This document shows positions 58,382-64,000 of a DNA stretch of 64,000 bases, one piece after another. The stretch's first letter is position 1, and every line of letters starts with the position of its first letter. The notes below the pieces were generated by a model that was not told the origin of the DNA, made no database searches, and was given only the letters and a program-made list of their open reading frames with translations. The translations under genes and the position numbers were made by a program. The DNA comes from Neoechinorhynchus agilis. Taxonomy: Eukaryota; Animalia; Acanthocephala. The stretch spans positions 7,976,784 to 8,040,783 of the forward strand of contig CM121341.1 in the NCBI GenBank assembly GCA_051530055.1, given 5' to 3'.

Positions 58382-59297
58382 CTACATAGTCGTTCTGGCT
58401 AGTGGCTGGCCGACTGTAACTTTTTGGCCTAATTCAACATTAAACTCGAAATAGTCGCTTGGTGCTTCAAAATACAGCATTACACTTGAGCCAAGTTCGA
58501 ATCTTCCAAAAACTTCACGTGGAGGTACAGAAAATTTTATATCGAATGGAGCCGTTTCAGTCCCAAGATATTTATCGCCGCGTCTTGTATTGGTTGTTAG
58601 ACTCGGATCATTGTCAACTTTGATTGAGCCAACGTTAAAAGCCCCAATAAAAGTCAACGAAAAAAACCCATGTGCCCACGATCCATTATATGCGACTCGT
58701 TCGTTTTGCTTTATGAATGATTGTTGATCTCAGAAGTCTTAAGAGTATCAACAAACAATCCCATACATAAGTAGGAATTCCAACTTTATTAAGTTGGGGC
58801 TTTACTCCTCCAAGTGCACCTCGGTAATGATTTCTGCTACAGACATTAAATCGTGTTGGAGAATGGACGCCATGATAGTCGCTAGGGGATAAATAGATAA
58901 CCATTATATACATGGAGTTGTTGGAATGTTTCATTGGGTTAGTTGGGGATGCTGTGACTCCTTCAGGAAGAGTTATATCCGATGACTTTACCTGCACATT
59001 TTTCTGATTCTTTAAGATACAGGCCACTCGTCCGTCCACTGGACTAACTAATTGATATTGAGGATGTACTGGAATTTCACGAAGAAGAGGTCTGTTGAAG
59101 AACTTCGCTAACGAAGGCGCTGGCCCTTCCAATGTATATGGGTCAACTCCGAAAACCAGTATGAACACTTTTGTTAATGGTCCTCGGAGAAACGATGGAA
59201 TCGGAATCCTAGAAATACACCCAGTAAAACGAGAAACTCGTCTCTGAAGTCGCCAGTAAATTAGCTGAAGTCGACTAGGTCGCGATTGTGATCCCAT
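58382..59297 (-). CDS. PISD: Phosphatidylserine decarboxylase proenzyme; intron 58709-58766
   Basis: FFNRPL, VSPVDG, IYLSPSDYHGVHSP, NERV, GAFNVGSI, GRFELGSS (LGS self-cleavage motif). Upstream exons are possible. Confidence 0.9.
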
Positions 59298-60525
59298 CTT
59301 ATGTGTCCTTATAGAACTATCTGAAATCTTCCAAATGTAAGATTAAAACATGATGAATTAGGCTTAAAATAGATTTCGGTTCCGACCTTATCATCGGCCA
59401 TGGCGTTTGTATCGGCTAAATTTAAACTAAAAAGCAAAGCACGAGAAAGGTTAACTTTTAAAAGATAATGCCAATCAAATCGTCCATGAGGACTTGAAGA
59501 CCTTTACTGGTTGGTACAACCACTTGAGAGACAGTTTGGTGAGAATATGACTAACAGGGCACAATTTTGGGAAACTACGATGGTATAACTATGATATTTG
59601 TCCGTAATAAATGCCCCCGGGAACCCGTTGAGTCAAATACTTCTAAAGTTCATAACGGTGAATTTAGAAAAGAATCAGTTACACGAGACGCAGAAAAAGG
59701 AAGTACGAAATGTCTTTAGGAAGGAAGTTAGTGAATTTAAAGAGCGATTACTAATTCACTCGATAGAATTCTATTAGACTTGCCAGTTAGAAACATCGTT
59801 CATTTACGTCGATCGTCCTGATTCGTAGCTATAAGTAAGATTGATTGTTTTTGGAACTCAAGCATTTGGCTCTTAAATGGAATATTTTGGAAAATGGAAC
59901 ATTTTATGGTAAACGGGTAGTCACACGAACAAAAGACACGAATCATTCTAGTTGATCTTTGAATTCGAGTTTGGCACAAAAAAATGAAGAATGGAGACGC
60001 CTACGAATGAAGACAATTGCTGTTGACTTTGATGATGAATTCTGTGGTAATCATTGGAGGAGGTTGAAATTGGAACAAAAATTCGACCTGAATCATGGAT
60101 CGCAGGATGGATGAGAGTTGTGACTTTTGGGAGATTTCACGTGCTCGAAGAAGAAAAATATACAGCAAAATTCGATTTCTTCATTCCAAAATAAGAAGAG
60201 CAATCGAATGCTCATTGAAATCTTAGAGAAGAGACCTTACAGTCTTGAAGTACACAATTTAATCAAGCTCTGATGGTCACAGTGCAAATCAGTTTGAATT
60301 GTTCATGTTTGCATTTGGCGTATAAAATTAAAAGGATTTCTTGGATTATTACCTTCGGCGGGTGAAAAGACTCTTTTTTTCTTAGTTTTGCCATTCGGAT
60401 TTACGTTCACTATTTATTTTGCCAGATATTTCACGTTTCGAATAATTTCGACATTTTCTCAAGGTTTATCATTGTTAAAGTGTTAAATCTGCATTTGAAC
60501 GTGTCGGAAATAAATTAGTGAAATA

Positions 60526-61229
60526 AAATCCGGGTTGGCAAAACTAAAAAAAAAGAAAGTAAATTGACAGGATTTATTGTAAGGGTTGGGACTCCGAAAT
60601 AATGAAATCAATAAATCCTTTTAATTTTTTCGCTAGATACAAACAAATGAAATTCTGCTTGATAAGGAGGTTGAGTCCTCGGAAATTTGCATGTAAATAA
60701 ATCTCGAGGAGGGAAAAACTCGCCGTATAGAGAAAATGAACTGAACTCCTCGAAGGAAAACTCGATCGAAATGAAATTATCCTACACGGCTGAATTTGGA
60801 TGTACAAACTTAGAAAAGATATTTTCTTTTGGTAGTTTGTCGGACAGACGTGAAATATCGAAAATGAATCTAAAATCCGGGTTGGTAAAACTAAAAAAAG
60901 AAAGTAAATTGAAAGGATTTATTGTAAGGGTTGCGACTCCGAAATAATGAAATCAATAAATCCTTTTAATTTTTTCGCTAGATACAAACAAATGAAATTC
61001 TGCTTGATAAGGAGTTTGAGTTCTCGGAAATTTGCATGTAAATAAATCTCGAGGAGGGAAAAACTCGCCGTATAGAGAAAATGAACTGAACTCTTCGAAG
61101 GAAAACTCGATCGAAATGAAATTATCCTACACGGCTGAATTTGGATGTACAAACTTAGAAAAGATATTTTCTTTTGGTAGTTTGTCGGACAGACGTGAAA
61201 TATCGAAAATGAATCTAAAATCCGGGTTG
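60526..61229. repeat. Tandem duplication, ~345-bp unit, 2 copies
   Basis: aaaatccgggttgg at ~60526, 60872 and 61218. Confidence 0.92.
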
Positions 61230-62120
61230 AGTCAACATTTCCCTTGCCAATAAATCCGGATTCATTCATTGGAGTTATACAAGCTAAAAAGTAAGCGGAA
61301 CTTCTAAGCAAGGACGGTCTTTTATTCGCTTTACGGCATGAGAAATGAAACGATAGATGGGAGATTTTAAGAAGTCATAGAACCGAAAGATTAAATGGGT
61401 GAGTGAAGGACCATCGTCGTTGTGATGTCGAAAACTCCCCCGGGTAAAGCAATAAAAATTTGCACTTTTATTGTTCCAAAAAGTCGGTATCCGATTTCCC
61501 TGAATCACTTCAACGGTTTTCTGTCGTGTCGGATTCTTTCATTAGTCTCAAGGACGGAGTTATCCATTCATTGCTCGCGGAAATGGATGTTTTGAATTTT
61601 TTGAGCGTTATGAACAAAAATTGCGTTTGATGCTCAAAAGTAAAAACCGAAAACTTTAGTTCTGAGTATCATTAAACCGTCTTCCGAGAAATTTGAAAGG
61701 CTATGCTCGTTGGAAAATATTTCGTTGGGCCGATTCTGCAAATGTCGTGTTTTGATCGTTATTTTAGAATAATGATTATAACTGATCATGAAATCAGGAG
61801 ACATCCACAAAATAACGAATATGGAAACACAATTGACGAAAACATTGCTTTTAAGGAAGCCTTTAATGAAATCATTCTTTTCTTTTAGGACTCTTTGTGT
61901 GGATTTTAGATAACTACGGTCGACTTGGGATCCAAAATAGTGTTCTCGTGAACGCTTTGGACGAATCTACTACATTATTCGTTCAGCAAAATATCGCTAT
62001 CCAATACACAACCGGAAACCTTTCTTTAAAAATATCTTAGCTGTGCCAATTTTAATCTCTACCAACAATCCGTCACAAAATGTCCTTTTATTTCATTAAA
62101 TCAATTCCCGAACACCCGCA

Positions 62121-62790
62121 CTAATCTTCATTTGTCATTCCCTGGAGCTCCGGCTTCCTCCGGATCCTATTAAACGTTTCTCTTGCACATTGTCTTAGCC
62201 CCTTCATATCAGAAAGTTCTGCCATCGTATGGTATTTTTTCTCGGGTAAAAAGATTAGCAGGATGGCAACAAAAAGTGCAAAACCTCCAACCGAGAGCAT
62301 AGTTACGAGTCTTTGAGAAGTCAGCTGATCTTTCAAGAAAGGAATAAAATCCGTTATTATTCCAGCGAAAAAAAAGCAAATCTAAATCGAATTGTTTGTA
62401 CTTCGCTGGAAATAACTCGGTTACGAACATCAAAACGATATAAGAATTAGAGGAAGCAGACAACTTTGCGATGTGATTGAAGACATTCAAGGCTGCTCGA
62501 TTGACTGAAGGAAGGACAGCAGATTTTATAAATGTGAGTACATGCCAATGATTGCTGAAAAGAGATAGTTTTTCGTCCGAAGAATTTCATTGCGACGCTA
62601 AATAAGACAATCTGTGGAATTTCAATAATTGCAGTGATTAAGAAATGGAGGTAGACGTTTGACCAAAATGCGGATGCTGATAGTGTAAATCCGAAATTCT
62701 AAAAGCATCGATGTATGCCCAAAAATTATATTCAAACTATTTTTCTTTAACTTCGGCTGCACCTCGGTCTGCCCTGATTTCGTGACTACA
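62121..62790 (-). pseudogene. C-terminal half of an SLC22/MFS organic-ion transporter with two apparent frameshifts
   Basis: NFGFTLS...NVYLHFLITAIIEIP...FGRK, FVTELFPA, LLIFLPEKK; frame breaks at ~62700 and in the A8 run at 62368-62375. These could be assembly indels. Confidence 0.7.
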
Positions 62791-63491
62791 ACGTTTCTCG
62801 TTGCAATACATTGCTGCTGTTGTTCGTGGTGGTGGATATGATGTTCGAAAATGTTTTCGGTCGTAGTTTCGACCGGAATCGGCGTATTGGTTTTATGGTT
62901 GCACATTGTCGTAGCCCCTTCATATCAGAAAGTTCTGCTGTAGCGGTCGAAAAGCGGATGAAGCATTCCCTCTCGTTTTCAGAGCAGATTTTTGTAAAAG
63001 AAATGCTCCTGATCTCGGATCGCCAGTGATTCGTCTCAATCTCTTAGACAATTCCTAGACCAGGTCCTGGGCCGCAGTGAGCTCACACTTTGCAGCATTA
63101 AGCTTAACGCTTAATCTCGCATTCTCCCTAATCTTTCCTGATCTCTCGGTTCGGATATCAGCCTTATGGACGTCAAGAAAGAAGTAAAATGATAATCAGA
63201 CTCAAGATATAGACAAATAACTACCATACAAATGAAGATTCTTACTACGAACAATAAATCATTTTACTGGGCTGCTATTATTTTTGTCAGCTCTTCTTCA
63301 GTACTAATTTTGATTACTAATTCATCAAAACAATGAAAATAAAGCTTCCATTTCACGTTTGACAATATCTCAGATGTTTGTACATTTGAAAGACGCCAAT
63401 TGAGGTCGAATTGACGTCGTTCAATTTCGGTGCAGTAAAACTAAAACCATACTTTAGTATTGTCTTTAAAGTGCAAGAGAACGAATCAAAA

Positions 63492-63800
63492 ATGACGATC
63501 AAGCGAACATCAAATGCTAAGGATAAATCACTCGCTCAAATATGTGATGAATTGAGAGATAATCTCGACGGTGATTCTTGTACAATCAACCAATCTTTGG
63601 CCAAACGAAACCTGCGAGAATTGTTAACGCGATCGATTACAGCCGAAGAAATCTTAAACTTTGGGATGCTTGAGATGGTAGACGAAATGGCCGTAGACAA
63701 AGATTGCAAAAGTACAAGTTGGTTCCTAAGTAAATTAAAGAGCAAATTCAAAAAGATTGTCGGCGAAAAATATTGTCCAAGGATGAAAACGACGAAGTGA
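63492..63800 (+). CDS. Small protein resembling a TFIIS N-terminal (LW/TND) domain
   Basis: RNLRELLTRSITAEEILNFGMLEMVDEM...FLSKLKSKFKKIV follows the helical pattern of TFIIS [20 protein letters not shown]...AKSLIKSWKKLL; by eye only. Confidence 0.45.
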   Translation: MTIKRTSNAKDKSLAQICDELRDNLDGDSCTINQSLAKRNLRELLTRSITAEEILNFGMLEMVDEMAVDKDCKSTSWFLSKLKSKFKKIVGEKYCPRMKTTK

Positions 63801-64000
63801 GAGGTCCCAGGCATAAACTGATTGGTTGATTGTAAAAGAGAACGAGGCCCGCAATAGCGGCGGGGACCGTGGGCAAACGAAAGCTCCAAATTAGTTAATT
63901 TAAAAGACTTAACGCAAACCAAACACTCATCAGTAGAGACGCGTGGGACGCCTGCAGCGTTGGTCTTCTCAGGTTGAGCGCGATCGATAAGTGGCGTATT

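Noticed and set aside
59980-62030. Unidentified plus-strand multi-exon gene
   Set aside because: Several coding-like frames, but I could not join them or recognise a family, so it is not listed as a feature.
63900-63935. Minus-strand CTGATGAG near the window end
   Set aside because: No stem II partner or GAAA-NN-UH.

Overview
Eukaryotic DNA from an AT-rich, compact-genome animal; I cannot name the species. The evidence for this is spliceosomal introns of mostly 35-110 nt, a sarcoglycan, a TSSK kinase, a homeobox gene and two tRNA genes. About 17 host genes or gene fragments are recognisable: SRD5A3-like, a vWA/Cys-repeat membrane protein, boule-like RRM, WDR24, two Got1-like paralogs, sarcoglycan, TSSK, RhoGAP, homeobox, ACTR10, CLP1, PISD, an SLC22 fragment, a TFIIS-N-like ORF and orphans. 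They are interleaved with 11 unrelated tandem arrays (~17.5 kb, ~27% of the window), fold-back palindromes and remnants of RTE, CRE-like and CR1/L2 non-LTR elements. Highlights found by eye: (1) several families of minimal Penelope-type hammerhead ribozymes with different palindromic loop-III sequences (AATT, ACGT, ATAT); (2) a tRNA-headed, Pol III-type RNA whose hammerhead core strands lie in a non-standard order, present as a 398-bp tandem array and as a head-to-head palindrome; (3) a 52-nt hairpin segment in the vWA gene that looks like a non-canonical GA...AA intron; (4) satellite arrays grown out of a splice donor, a splice acceptor and a start codon of host genes. All structures are manual predictions, protein identities come from motif recall, and repeat boundaries are approximate.
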